Part shown: piece after piece, positions 49,826 to 63,571 of the stretch
Layout of the letters: each line of letters opens with the position of its first letter
Numbering within the stretch: the stretch's first letter is position 1
From: Malacoraja senta
Lineage: Eukaryota
NCBI GenBank assembly: GCA_038087875.1
Contig: JAXLNO010000309.1
Span: forward strand, 1 to 64,000
DNA: 64,000 bases
Reading direction: 5' to 3'
Position numbers and translations under genes: made by a program
Notes under the pieces: generated by a model
Told to the model about the DNA's origin: nothing
Database searches by the model: none
Seen by the model: only the letters and a program-made list of their open reading frames with translations

Positions 49826-51506
49826 CACATGAAGCTTTACCACAGAGGAATGGGCTGGTAGATGAGGTATTTGAGGTAGATAATAAAACATCATTTGAAA
49901 CGCATTTGGGCAAATTCGAAGACAGGAACGTTTCCGACAAATGTGAGTTAAAAGCGTGCCAATGGGACAAGTGTAGATGGGGCATCGTGGACGGAATGAA
50001 CAAATTGGACCGAAGGCTCTACTTCCGCGCTGTATTACTTTATGAATGATGACATTCAACGAGACGGACCACAAAAGGTGCTCAATTGGAGTTCAAAGCG
50101 TTCGTTGCCGCACGTCATTCAATACCATTTTGCACAGGCAGAGTGATTATATCAGCTTCATTTAAAAAACAGTGTAATCATGTCGGCAGTCCCAAAATAC
50201 TCTCGAAACTCCAATATAAGGTCATCAATCTGAAAAGAAAACTCTGTATCTTTGCAAGACAAGAAAAAAAACTAAACAATCTGGAAACGGGCTTTAGGTC
50301 CAAGATCTCAATCTGTAAAATGCTCATGCTTTAGCTCCAAGACTCATCAGCTGGTCTGACGGTGACGATCAGAGATTGAAGGGATGGTCTTTGAACTGAA
50401 ACACCAACCCGTGATCTGCCCCTTTCTGTTTTCTAGCACATCCTATTTCTATTTCAGGTTTAGGCAATCTCTCGCGTTCTAATTAAACCACTTCAATTTC
50501 TCCTTCTGCTCTTTAAAATCATTTTGGTTTCGTTATCAATCAAATTGGCAAGCAGAGAGAAAACTAAGGGATCTGGATAACTGAAATGGGAAAGGTATTG
50601 CTGAAAATACTCGGGCTGCAGGTGATGGAGAGTGAGACGAGGTGCAACATTTCGGTGAACTCGTTTTACGATGCAGTGAAGAGGGTGGCTTTGGAGAGAT
50701 TTAAGTGGTGCCTGCGTTGACAACCGACAAGGGAGCCGGAATAGACGGAAGCAGTTGTGCTGTTTGAGCGAGGGTGAAGGTTTATTATTGGCTGGTGATA
50801 GTGGAGGAGGACAGGACACGGAAGGCAGATTAAGATTCCTTCACCTATAATCAGCGGCATCATCACCACTTTGTCCTTTTGTCTCACTTGGTCACCAACT
50901 TGTACCCCACACTCACCACTCGCCTACTCGTTAACAATCAACTCCAATATGTTGGAAGCACGAATAACTGCAGACGTTGGAGTAGCTCATTCGGTCCTGG
51001 AATCTGAAGAAAGATCCCGACCCGAAACGTCGGCTATCCATGTCCGCCAGAGATGCCGCATGACCCGCTGACGTACTCCAGTACTTTAGGATCCAATGTA
51101 ATGTTCTCGGTCTTTTTACAAACACTTCCTTATCAATATCTCCTTCTCCGGCGCTACAGACCTGTGAGCCCCACCATCCTTGAATTCTGACCTCTTGAAA
51201 AACTTATCAGTTTAGTTATTCCAATATTCCGTTCTTTGGAGAGTCAAGTTCCCGTTTACCCCCATTTACGAAGCTGCTTTCATTCAACCCGCTGTCCAAC
51301 CGTTCTACGTCTATCCGAATATCTTCTATTCTGTTCCCTGTCCATTTGATTGTGCATTGCGACGCTACGGCGATGCGTATTCGGATGATTTGGCTGTACT
51401 GATCGGAGTACAGTTTGTTGTTGTGCAGGGGGTTACGAAAAAGTACTCACGCCCGGTAGAGTTGAATCAGAGCAGCAACGCATTAAGCGACTCAATCACA
51501 GCTTAC

Positions 51507-51576
51507 CAGGGATACCAAACGCCGCCAGGATCGGATAGATGATTTCATTGACGTACAGAATTGCTGCCCGTCCCAT
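51507..51576 (-). CDS. orphan GPCR exon 1 (MGRAAILYVNEIIYPILAAFGIP)
   Basis: ATG at 51576-51574; 70 nt ending in a G|gtaagc donor (phase 1); encodes the N-terminal half of TM1 and splices in frame to exon 2 (GIP-A-NVL). Confidence 0.85.
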
Positions 51577-53650
51577 CTGGAAGAGTCCCAGTGTCGGCGT
51601 TAAGTCCGGGGAGCACAATTGAGCAACAGCGCGCTTCAGATGTTCATTAATACTCCCGCCAATTCTCCAGTGTGGTCCGGGGAATGACGGAACCCAAATA
51701 TTAGTCACACTCTCTTGAACAAACACGTTTCTTTCCACACAATATGAAGTAATTTCACATCCCGTGGTGGAGGAATGCTTGATGTGTAGATTAATGTATC
51801 GCTCTAGATTTAAGTTACAACGTGAAGCGCCTTTGGCGGGTCATGAGTCACTTGGTTCACGCGGCGAACGGCTAAGCTGAAGTTGGAGGCCGTTAACACA
51901 ATTAAATCCGAAATATAACCCGCCATTTATCACATGCGAATCCACAGAAAATGGAAAGGGATAACGACAATGTTTGCTTAAATTGTAAATTCAAAAGTAC
52001 TAATCAGTATTGGAATTCGACGATTCAGAGCGTGAAAGTCACGCGGTGGGAGTAATGCCGACCAAATCCAAGTCCGAATTCGAGATGTGTCACAGTCGCC
52101 AATATATGTATTGTTTCTGGTAACATCGCCTCATTAAATCTGTGTGTTGTCCATTTCAAGGAAAGGGGCTACATTTTCGTTCAAAAGCAAAACAAACACA
52201 CCGTGGTAGGTTTAAAATTAAATCAGAATGACTAAACATATTCAGCTGATCGGGCACCATCTACAGAGCGAGATGAGATTTCAAGCTGAATATTTTCCAT
52301 TCTGTAGAAGGGTACCGAACATTCTCCAGGCTTGACCGGCCCGTTTCCAAGCTGTATCTCCAAACAAACAAAGAACAATAGGTCGTGATTCACTCGAGGA
52401 ACTAATCTCTTGGCCTCCAGTTAGCGGGAAACTTTCTGCTGTGCACGTTTGGAGGGAAGCTGATAAGAAGTACAGAAGTTCTCGGGGGGGGGGGGTGTAT
52501 TGACTGTGAAAGTCGGAAAGTATGCACCGAAGATAAGACAAATACGTGACGCCTTGGACGACGAAGAGAGTTAAGCGCGCGTAACGGGCAGGGTTCTGCG
52601 CTGAGTCTCTTTCTCAAGGATAAGCGACGCTAGTTTACGAAGTTTGTGAAAGATGTTTAGGAAATCATTCTTCGGTGGTGTGTTGCTGGTCAACGAGGTC
52701 GTGTTGCTACAAATGGTTCTGGGAAACAAGCCAGGTAAAGGGGGGCGAGGGGCGCTGGAACACGTGGAAAGAGAGGTCAAATTGCAGAGGCGTATAATAG
52801 ACCGAAAAGAGCATGTCATAGCAAAGTACAATAAAGAAGATAAATAAAACCATGCAATGGCTGCAACGCAGAATGGGGGAATTCGGTTATCGTATCCACG
52901 TTGGATCTTTCTGGGCAATTTGGAAACATGCCGTTTTCAATGGAATGAAAATAGGTGCGACTAGGGAAATTTGGAATGTAAGCTTGCCGTGCGAAATAGG
53001 AATCGAACAATTGAAACCCTTCAAGACTAACTTCATTCAGAGAATTATATTTGTCTCCATTCATAGAGTGATAGAAACAGTTACACAGCAGATTGAACGG
53101 CCTTTAGCCGCAGCGTGCGTGTGCCGACCAAGCTTCCTTCATGATAGAGTCACATTTGCCTGTTTTGGGCCCACATCCTGCAATTGTTTTCCAATCTATG
53201 ACACTGCCAAATGCCTTTTAAACGTTGTAATTGCATTTGCTTTCAACCCTTCCGCTGGCACCTATTTCCGTACACAAATCACAATATCTGCATCAATTTG
53301 CATTAAACATTCCCCAACCCAATTGCCCAAATGATCAAGATCCTGCTGTAATTTCTGATAACCATTTTCACTGTCTACCATAAAACTATTTTCGTGTCGT
53401 GATTGCAGAAACCTCCATCAGATCTTCCCTCAGTCTTGTCTGCTCAGGGAAAACAGTCCCTGTAATCAACTCTCTCCTCATAACTCAAACACTCCCATCC
53501 CGGATAAATTTTCCTGAATATTTCCACATCCTCTCTAGCTTAATTTCATCATTCTTGTATTATGGCTGGACCTACTCATGATATTGTGAAATACAAATGA
53601 CTGAAGTGTTGGTGAGCAAACCTTCTGGGAGGAGCGATCACTGTTCTAAT

Positions 53651-55172
53651 TAGTGATAATTTTTCAAAACTCTTTAGATTCTGGAGTAGTTCCTGAGGAT
53701 TGGAGGGTAGCAAACGTAACCCCATTTTTTAAGAAGGGAGGGAGAGAGAAAACGGGGAATTACAGACCAGTTAGTCTAACATCGGTAATGGGGAAACTGC
53801 TAGAGTCAGTTATTAAAGATGGGATAGCAGCACATTTGGAAAGTGGTGACATCACTGGACAAAGTCAGCAAGGATTTACGAAAGGTAAATCATGTCTGAC
53901 GAATCTTATAGAATTTTTTGAGGATGTAACTAGTAGAGTGGATAGGGGAGAACCAGTGGATGTGTTGTATCTGGACTTTCAGAAGGCTTTCGACAAGTTC
54001 CCACATAAGAGATTAGTATACAAACTTAAAGCACACGGTATTGGGGGTTCAGTTTTGATGTGGATAGAGAGCTGGCTGGCAAACAGGAAGCAAAGAGTAG
54101 GAGAAAACGGGACCTTTTCACAATGGCAGGCAGTGACTAGTGGGGTACCGCAAGGCTCAGTGCTGGGACCCCAGCTATTTACAATTTATATTAATGAACT
54201 GGATGAGGGAATTGAAGGCAACATCTCCAAGTTTGCGGATGACACTAAGCTGGGGGGCAGTATTAGCTGTGAGGAGGATGCTAGGAGACTGCATGGTGAC
54301 TTGGATAGGCTGGGTGAGTGGGCAAATGTTTGGCAGATGCAGTATAATGTGGATAAATGTGAGGTTATCCACTTTGATGGCAAAAACAGGAAAGCAGACT
54401 ATTATCTAAATGGTGGCTGCTTAGGAAAAGGGGAGATGCAGCGAGACCTGGGTGTCATGGTACACCAGTCATTGAAAGTAGGCATGCAGGTGCAGCAGGC
54501 AGTGAAGAACGCGAATGGTATGTTAGCTTTCATAGCAAAAGGATTTGAGTATAGGAGCAGGGAGGTTCTACTGCAGTTGTACAGGGTCTTGGTGAGACCA
54601 CACCTGGAGTATTGCGTACAGTTTTGGTCTCCAAATCTGAGGAAGGACATTATAGCCATAGAGGGAGTGCAGAGAAGGTTCACCAGACTGATTCCTGGGA
54701 TGTCAGGACTTTCATATGAAGAAAGACTGGATAGACTTGGCTTATACTCGCTAGAATTTAGGAGATTGAGAGGGGATCTTATAGAAACGTACAAAATTCT
54801 TATGGGGTTGGACAGGCTAGATGCAGGAAGATTGTTCCCGATGTTGGGGAAGTCCAGGACAAGGGGTCACAGCTTAAGGATAAGGGGGAAATCCTTTAAG
54901 ACCGAGATGAGAAAAAACTTTTTCACACAGAGAGTGGTGAATCTCTGGAACTCTCTGCCACAGAGGGTAGTGGAGGCCAGTTCATTGGCTATATTTAAGA
55001 GGGAGTTAGATGTGGCCCTTGTGGCTAAAGGGATCAGGGGGTAGGGAGAGAATGCGGGTACGGGATACTGAGTTGGATGATCAGCCATGATCATATTGAA
55101 TAGCGGTGCAGGCTCGAAGGGCCGAATGGCCTACTCCTGCTCCTATTTTCTATGTATTCTATGTATTCTATG
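53651..55172 (+). mobile_element. young 5'-truncated CR1 LINE (ORF2 RT domain plus 3' tail)
   Basis: uninterrupted 463-aa ORF 53653..55044 with NYRPVSLTS, YLDFQKAFD, SGVPQGSVLGP, FADD, RPHLEYCVQFW and FFTQRVVNLWN; ends in (TATTCTATG)n; inserted in an older CR1 remnant. Confidence 0.95.
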
Positions 55173-56694
55173 TAATACATTCATAAAATGTATGGATAAA
55201 GACAGTGTAGGCCCACGAGTTAACTTTTGGAATATTGGCAAAGCTAATATTGATGGTATTAGATAATACATTGGTCAAGTGTCCTATTTGTCGTCAAAAC
55301 AACGGCCGGTAAGCGGGATGTTCTCAAATTTGTGGTGGAAAGAGTTCAGGACATTCATCATCCTGGTAGATGGACGGACAAACAGATGGGAATGTGGAAG
55401 CCTGGATGGCAAGAGAAGTTGAGGCTCTAGCCGAGAAAAAGAAGGAGACAGGGAAACGAAGATTGGACCAACTGTATCCGAGTTTGGGGAACTGAGGGGC
55501 ATAGTTAAGGAAGCCAAGTTAACTTCCGTGAACTGACATTGTCTTTCCAAATGCAGGTAGATCATATGTCACAATAGCTTTGCCACCACGGCTATGGATC
55601 GTTAGCCTTTGGATCGCCGGATTCTCCTTGCAGCCGTTCTTAAATTATGGCGCAATCTTCCAATTCTCCAGTAATTCACCATGACCAAGGGAGATAAGCA
55701 AATATCTGCCACCTCCTTCGTCACCTCCTCAAAAATCTCAATCAAATGAATGCAACATCACCAGTCGTCTGTGCAAAGCCATGTTGTCTATCTTTAATTA
55801 GACAATTTCTTCCAAATTGGGGTAAATATTATCTACAATAATCATCTCAAATAGTTTCCATACCAGTGGCATGTTTCCTGGATTTTCTCTACTTCCTTTC
55901 TTGAATGAAGGATTAACATTGGCGACTCTCCAGTCCTCCGGGACATGACCTGCTGCTAAAGAATAAATACACATCCTCGCCAGGGCTCCGCAATGTCCTC
56001 TCTTGCCTCCCTCAATAACCTGGGAACGATCCAGTCAGGCCCTGGAACATTATTCACCATAAAGTTCTTCAATAGCATCAGCACCACCTCCACCTCAATC
56101 TCAAATTGCCTCAGCATATTTGTTGCTCTATACTGATATCACTTTCCTCCAAATCCTCGGTGAATACAGATGCAACGTATTCGTTAATTACCTCACCTAC
56201 ATTCTCCAACACGCACAAACTCCCTCCCATGTCTTTGTTGCATCCTACCATAACCAATTTCATTGTCGCCCTCTTATTTTTAACGTACGTACAGAATGCG
56301 TTGGGATTTTATTCAATATGCCTAAGTGTGCATGACATTTTGTGGTCCCTTCTGGCCTTTCTAATTGCCCGCTTGAGCTCTGACCTACTCGCTTTATATT
56401 CCTAGTAAGTTCCGTCTGATGCCACCGGTATAAACTGCATATAAACTTCATTTTCTTCCGCACCTCCTTAGTGAACAACGAGTCACTGACGCTCTGCAGT
56501 CGCCCAAATGTCGCCCAAGTGGGATAGGCCCTTTAGTTTGCCATCCTGATCCCAGCTTCTTACCGGAACATGCCGATCTTGCACTTTGATCAGCTGACAT
56601 TTCAAATTCTCCCACATGACAACTGTGCCTTTACCCAATAACAACGGATCACAATCTCGCGTCCCTAACTTCTGCCCAATGATTCCGTCCAAGA

Positions 56695-57305
56695 AGCCCG
56701 ACAGTCCTTGCAGGTGAGGCAGAGGTTCTCTTGCACCTCCTCCAACCTCATCTACTGTATCCGCTGTCCAGGTGTGAATTCCTATTTATCGGCGAGACCA
56801 AGTGCAGGCTCGGCGATCGTTTCACTGAACACCTCCGCTCAGTATGCCGAGACCTACATGATCTCCGGGTTGCTAAACTCTTTAATTCCCCCTTTCATTT
56901 CCCATACTCCCATTTTTGTCATGAGCCTCCTCCACTGTCAGAGTGAGGCACAAAGCAAATAGTTGGAACAGACGCTCATATTTTGCTTGGGCATCGGTAT
57001 GAAATTTGACTGCTGTAACTTCATAACCCTTCCTCTCCCTCTCTCTACACCATGCTTGTTCTCCGAGCAGTCTGAATGTCCTCATGTTTAAATTTTACTT
57101 AATACGCCTCGTTGTCTGCTTTCCCTTGCTAACAATGATCCATTTTACATTTTCCTTAAACCTCATCGCCTTTGATCTCTCGTTTTCACACCTTACGCTT
57201 CCATGTAAATCGTCAGAAGTATCTCGACCCGAAACGGCATCCTTTTGTTCCATTCATAGATGCTGCCTGTCCCGCTTAGTTACTTCCGCATTTTATGTAT
57301 ATATT
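56695..57305 (+). mobile_element. old Penelope-like GIY-YIG fragment plus terminal repeat
   Basis: QVRQRFSCTSSNLIYCIRC and FIGETKCRLGDRFTEHLRSV. Confidence 0.8.
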
Positions 57306-58289
57306 TAGTGACAATGTAATCTATCTTGCCCCTTTAACTACCTTCCCATAACATCCGGATCCGTCCCCATTCAAAACAACCTTCTACCAGCCTCTGCGTA
57401 AAATAGAACTTTCTCCGCACATCTCTTGTAACTTCATAAACCGAGAATGGATTATATATTATATGATTCGAGAAGAACTGGGGTGGGTTTTCAGGTTCAC
57501 TGATTTTAATAAAATGTCACTTTCTCTCAATATATTGATGTTAATGTGAACATTAATCAATGCCAATAGTTCCATTTCACAACTGCGTGCAATCTGATCC
57601 AGGAATATGACACAATGGAACGTGGATAAGTGTTGCAGACACTTGTTGCAGCGAACCGTTCAGCAAATCGGGACAGGAAGCCTGTGTTTTGCCTGGGTTT
57701 TTCCAGGGTTGTGCTTCCCGTATAAACACAGAAACCGCTGAAAAAATTAACATTAAACGGATTGAGTTGAGGTGGTGGGGGAGAGATGGGGTGGGGTGGT
57801 GGGGTTGGATTGGCAGTTGGATGGAGAAAGGCCTGAGATGAAAAGAGAAAACGTTTAAGCGACGTAGCTTAGGGCAGAGGAAACGTTAAATATCAATCCA
57901 GAGCAAGGATTATAAGTGGGAGGAGACAGGGATGCGGTATGGGAAAGGGATAAATGGGTGCACAACGCTAAGAGAGGGGAAGCATATGGTTTGAGGCTAA
58001 AGTTGTAGAACATGTTGACTTCGAGCAAACAGGTTGTTCCGTCGCGCTTGAAATCATTTTGAAGAGGTGCTGGGCGCGCTAACTGGGGAAACATACCGGG
58101 ACCTGAAAGTGAGAATAAATTGGACAATGGGATACAATCTATTTCCATGAAGATTCCTGTGCCCGCTGTGGATGGAATCGAACGCACATGATAGAGCCAA
58201 CTTCTGAAAGAATACGACACGATACGATACGATAGAACTTTATATATCCCAGGATGGAAATTGATCGAATAGAGAGAAGGGCAGCATCC

Positions 58290-59201
58290 TATCCTAACCC
58301 CATTTGCAGGCTACTGCCACGCCGGTTTATTGGGTTTAATGACAGCCCGAGTTTAATGTTTAACCGCGTTCTTCACCTCCAGCCTGAGCTTCCTCTGTCA
58401 TCCCGTAGATACACGTGTTGCCGCAGGAGCTGATGTGCATGAGCAAGACGCCCACGTCATTGGCGATGTAAGATGGGCTTGTTTGATCCCCGCCAACACA
58501 ATTCTCAGTGAGGCGAGTACAGACGAAGTGTCACAGCTACCGTTATCCATAACTGTATGTGGGCACCGGGGACGGTGAAAAGTAAAACGACGGAATTTCG
58601 CCGATTCTCCGCCTCGTTATCGTTGCGATCCAGTGACTTCAGACGCCGACGGACTCTGCTCGCTTCTACGATGTTCCTGACAGTCAGTCCGTTGAAGAAG
58701 ATGATTAGAAGGAAGTGGAGGAAGGAGATAGACATCGAGGAAAAAACCATCCACCGGGTGGAAGTGAAGTAGGCGGATTTGGGCCGGTACCCCCCAGTTC
58801 ACACTGTCCACGGTATAGCGAGGCCCGTCCATGAGGTGAAAGGGGATGTACTTTATGCAGCACAGCGCGCACATGGAGACAATGATCATGTCGGCCGTCC
58901 TGTCCGTGCAATAGATGAGTTTCAACTCTGGCAACAAATACAGGCAACACGGTCAAAGGTGAAGGCCACGGTTGTCCAGACGGAATAGTCCAGTGTGATG
59001 ATCCGCATGTATATATTGGAAGGACAAATTGCGCTGAGGGAGAGCAAGGGGTGAGGGACACAGTAAATATAGATTTCCCGGATTAACACGTGGTAGATGA
59101 GAACGTGGAGATCCGCGATTGCCATCGCCACCATGTACCGGGCGATTCCTCTGGAGAAGCCACTACTTCCCCGGTAGAAGATCGCAGCCGTTAGCAGTTC
59201 G
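58290..59201 (-). pseudogene. GPCR paralog exon 2 with several frameshifts
   Basis: ORFs 58922..59299, 58617..58937 and 58505..58750 encode consecutive parts of the same receptor in different frames; indels near 59196, 58930, 58795, 58740 and 58525 relative to the intact copy. Confidence 0.85.
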
Positions 59202-59439
59202 CTGGGGGAATAACAAAGTGTAGCGAAATTAACATTTAAATGGATCCACTGATGTAATGGATTAGAGTTACAGTTGAATATTGCAAAGTGCGATAGCACT
59301 TGACGAGACGAATCACATGAGACACAGAAGTAATAACACGTCTCTTTTCAGAGCAACAATCACATGGCATTCAATGGCACTTTACGCTGGCGAGGGGTTG
59401 CATCATAAATCATTCTTAAACATTAAATTTGCCTCTCTC

Positions 59440-60680
59440 AGCGGAAAAGGCAGCATCTCTGGAAACAAGGAATGGGTGACGTTTCGGGTCCAGACCCTTC
59501 TTCAGACTGGGTAGGGATAAGGGAAACGAGAGATATAGACGGTGATATGGAGAGATAAAGAACAATGAATGCAAGATATGCAAAAAAATAACGCTGGTAA
59601 AGGAAACAAGGATTAGTTCCCTTATTTTAGGGTGAAAATGAGAAGCTAGTACGACTTGGGTGGAGGAGGGATAGAGAGAGAGGGACTACCTGAAGTGAGA
59701 GAAAGCAACATTCATACCACTGGGCTGTAAGCTGCACAAGCGAAATATGAGATGCTGTTCCTCCAATTTGCGTTTCGCCTCACTCTGACAACCGAGGAGA
59801 CCTAGAACAGAAAGGTCTGTGTAGGAATGAGAAGGAGAATTAAAGACTTTAGCAACTAGGAGATCAGGTAGGTTTCAGGCAGGCTGAGCGAAGGTGTTCC
59901 ACGAAACGATCGACCAGACTGCGTTTCGTCTCGCCAATGTATAAGAGACCACATCTTGACGGACGGATACAGTAGATGTTGCAGGAGGTACAAGTGAACC
60001 TCTGCCTACCTGGAAGGACCGTCGGGTACCTGTACAGAATTGAAGAAGGAGGTACAGCTTCTGCGGCTGCAGGGGAGGGTACCTGGAGAGGGGATGGTTT
60101 GGGTGGGAAAGGATGGATTAACCAGTTAGTTGCGGAGGGAAGGGTCTCCGCGGAAGTAGGAAAGGGGTGGAGATGGGAAATGAGGATAGTGGTGGAATCC
60201 CGTTGGAGCTGACGGAAATTTCGGAGGATTATGTGGGCTGATGGGCTGTAAATTAAGGACGATGGGGGGCTCTGTCTCTGTGGTGATTAGGGTGGAGGGA
60301 GCAAGAGCCAAGCTGTGGGGTACAGTGGGGACACTAGCGCGGGCCTTATCTATGATGGGAGGGGGAAACCCCGTTCCTTAAAGATTGAGAACACCTCAGA
60401 TGTCCTAGTATGGAACATTTCATATTGGGCACAGATGCGGCGTAGTCGGAGGAATTGGGAGTAAGGGATAGAGTCCTTGCAGGAAGCAGGGTGGAAAGAA
60501 GTGTAGTCGAGATTAGTTGTGGAGAGTCTGAAGAAGGGTTTCGGCCCGAAACGTTACCTATTTCCTTCGCTCCATAGATGCTGCTGCACCCGCCGAGTTT
60601 CTCCATCATTTTTGTGTACCTTCGATTTTCCAGCATCTGCAGTTCCTTCTTTAACAACTAGTTGTGGGAGTCAGTGTGTT
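59440..60680 (-). mobile_element. degenerate Penelope-like element in the GPCR pseudogene intron, with an opposite-orientation terminal-repeat insert at 60523-60658
   Basis: reverse complement of the same GIY-YIG/RT-end sequence; terminal repeat at 59440-59510. Confidence 0.85.
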
Positions 60681-60967
60681 TCTGATTTAAGGTAATCGAT
60701 CTGAACCTTTAACTCTGGTTCTTTACCCGATAACAAATTAAAAAAAAACAACATTGTGGAATCACGCAGAAAGCCAGGTGGTACTTGCCAAAAGTTCGGA
60801 CGTTAGGTCCAAGAACCATCAGCTGAACTAACGGTTCGCATCAGAGATAGAATGCATGAGGTCTGCCTTGTAACATTGACTCCGTTACTTCATGCAACGA
60901 TGCTGCCTATTTTCCAACATATTCTGATTCGGTTTCAGAACTAGAGCATTTGCGGCGTTCTGTTTCA

Positions 60968-61275
60968 GTCTAGTTTAGAGATACAGCGCGGAAACAGGCC
61001 CACGGAGTCCATGTCGACCAGCGATCCCGGCACATTTACTGTATCCCACACACACAAGGGACAATTTACAGTTATACCATGCCAATTAATCAACAACCCT
61101 TGTGCCTCTTTGGAGTATGGGAGGTAACCTGAGTTCTCGGAGAAACCACACGCAGATCATGGGGAGAACGTACAAACTCCGTTCATACAGCATCCGTAGT
61201 CAGGATTGAACCCTGTTTTCTGGCGCTGTAAGGCAAGAACTGTACCGGTACACAACCGTTCTGCCTTATTTCACC
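60968..61275 (-). mobile_element. tRNA-derived SINE
   Basis: reverse-complement tail (tagtttagagatacagcgcggaaacaggcc), core and head. Confidence 0.8.
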
Positions 61276-62259
61276 GCGACTCCATTTCCGTGCGGCGATT
61301 TCTCTTTTGGTTTGGCAACGAATCAAAAAATAAAGCAAAGGGAAAAAGATGGGATCTGAAATTCGATCAATTAGTGCTGAGGACACTCGGTCATTCGCGC
61401 TGCATCTACGCAGGGAAAGCAAATTTAACACTACAGTGTTTTACGATGTAGTGAAGGGGTCAACCTGCGAGAGAACAAAGCCGTGTCTGCTGAGACAAAC
61501 AACAGGGGACATCGAATATACCGAGGGTAGTTGGGAAGGTGAGAGTGAAAGTTTATTATTGGCGGATGAACAGGCTGGGAGCAAAGTACATAGAAGCAAA
61601 GTACATGGATCATAATTCACCTCGTTTTATTTACACGTTCAGGCCGATTAAGATTCGCTCGCCCTCAGTCAGCCCCTACCCCCATCCCTTGCGAACAAGT
61701 TAAATTCGGAACAATGTAATGTTGGAGACAAAAAGAACTGCAGGTTCTGGAATCACGCGTAGAACGCAAGGCGCTCATGTGAGCCAACGGGTCAAGCAGC
61801 ATCCACGGAAAACGTGGAAATGTTGTTTCGAGTTGGTAAAACACAAAGTGCTAGAATGACACAGTGGGCCGACGAAAGTGTACCGCTCGAGGCGACGCCT
61901 ATTTATATCCTCCAGGGATGCTGCCTGACCCTTTGCATTACTCCAGCATTTTGCTTTCCAATGTAATGTTCTACGTCTCATACCAAGCACCTCTTTAAAA
62001 TTGTCTTCCGCAATCTCGATCTCATCCTCGAGCCCACAGAACCGAGATGCCAATTTTCATTCCATGTTGCACTCTTCAGGAGGTCATCAAATTAATTAAT
62101 CCAACATCCTGTGCTCCAGAATGTTGAGCTCGCGTTTACCTTCATTCAATCCTCTGGAAATGCAGCTTTTAAATCCAGGTGTTGTCCAAGCTATGGACAT
62201 CTGCGGCATATCTTCTATTCTCTTCCCTGTCTATCCATTTGTGCACGGTGACGATGATC

Positions 62260-62845
62260 CCGCAGAATAAATTAGTGTGCAAAATTGGAGCACATGGTAT
62301 TTGGGGTAAGGCATTGACATGGATGGAGAACTGCTTGGCAGACAGTAAGCAAAGCGTAGGAATTAATATGTCCTTGCCAGAATGGCAAGCAGTGATTAGG
62401 GGTGCCGCAAGGCTCGATGCTAAGACCCCAGTTATTTACAATCTATGTTAGCGAATTAAACGAGAGAATTCAATGTAACATCTCCAGGTTTGCGGATGAC
62501 ATAGAGCTGGGTGGCAGTGTGAGCTGCTGATGAAGATGCTATGAGGCTGCACGGTCAATTGGATAGGTTGGATGAGTGGGCAGATGCATGGCACGTGCAA
62601 TATAATGTGGATAAATGTGAGATTATCCATTTTGGTGGCAAAAACAGGAAGGCAGATTATTTTCTGAATGGTGTCAGATTAGGAAAAGGGGAAGGTGCAA
62701 CGGGACCTGGGAGTGCTTGTAAATCAGTCACTGAAGGGCAGCATGCAGGTACACTAGGCTGTGAAGAAAGCTAATGGCGTTTTCGCCTTCATTGCGAGAG
62801 GATTTGAGTTTGGAACCAATTGCATTTGGGAGGTTCTACTGCATT
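62260..62845 (+). mobile_element. degenerate CR1 RT fragment
   Basis: KLVCKIGAHGI, WADAWHVQYNVDKCEIIHFGGKN and VKKANG in several frames. Confidence 0.85.
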
Positions 62846-63364
62846 TCAGAATTAGAATTAGAATCAGAATCAGAATCAGAATCAGAATCACACTTTATTC
62901 GCCAAGTATGTTTTGCAAGGAATTTCATTGGCCAGGTCCGTCATACAATTAAAAGTAACAGCTCACTCTAAAACACATTTTAACATGAACATCCACCACA
63001 GTGACTCCTACACATTCCTCACTGTGATGGAAGGCGAAATAAAGTTCATGTCCTTTCCCTTAGTTCTTCCACGGTCGTGGGCCTCGAGCCCCCGTTGACG
63101 GGATGATCTTGAATCCCGTAGCCGGCGGCGTTCAGACCCTCCGCGTCAAGGCGATCCACTCCCGCATCGGGGGGATGTCAGATCCCCCGCGCCTGGCGAT
63201 CAAACCTCGCGTCGGGACTGGTAGAACCTTCTGCGATGTTGGAGTTCCCGATTAGCCTCACCCGAGACTGCGAGCCCTTGATGGTAAGTTCGCCGTGGTC
63301 GCGGTGGGAGCGGTCCCAGTGTGTATGTTTGTGATGTGCGTGTGTATGTTTGTCATGTGTGTCA

Positions 63365-63571
<207 letters not shown>

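Noticed and set aside
48471..51576. Assigning the symbol GPR139, or TRIM39/TRIM27 to the TRIM genes
   Set aside because: Only family-level similarity can be judged by eye; orthology needs phylogeny and synteny
52600..52850. Possible exon or promoter ORF upstream of the GPCR (MVLGNKPG)
   Set aside because: Resembles a decayed CR1 endonuclease segment
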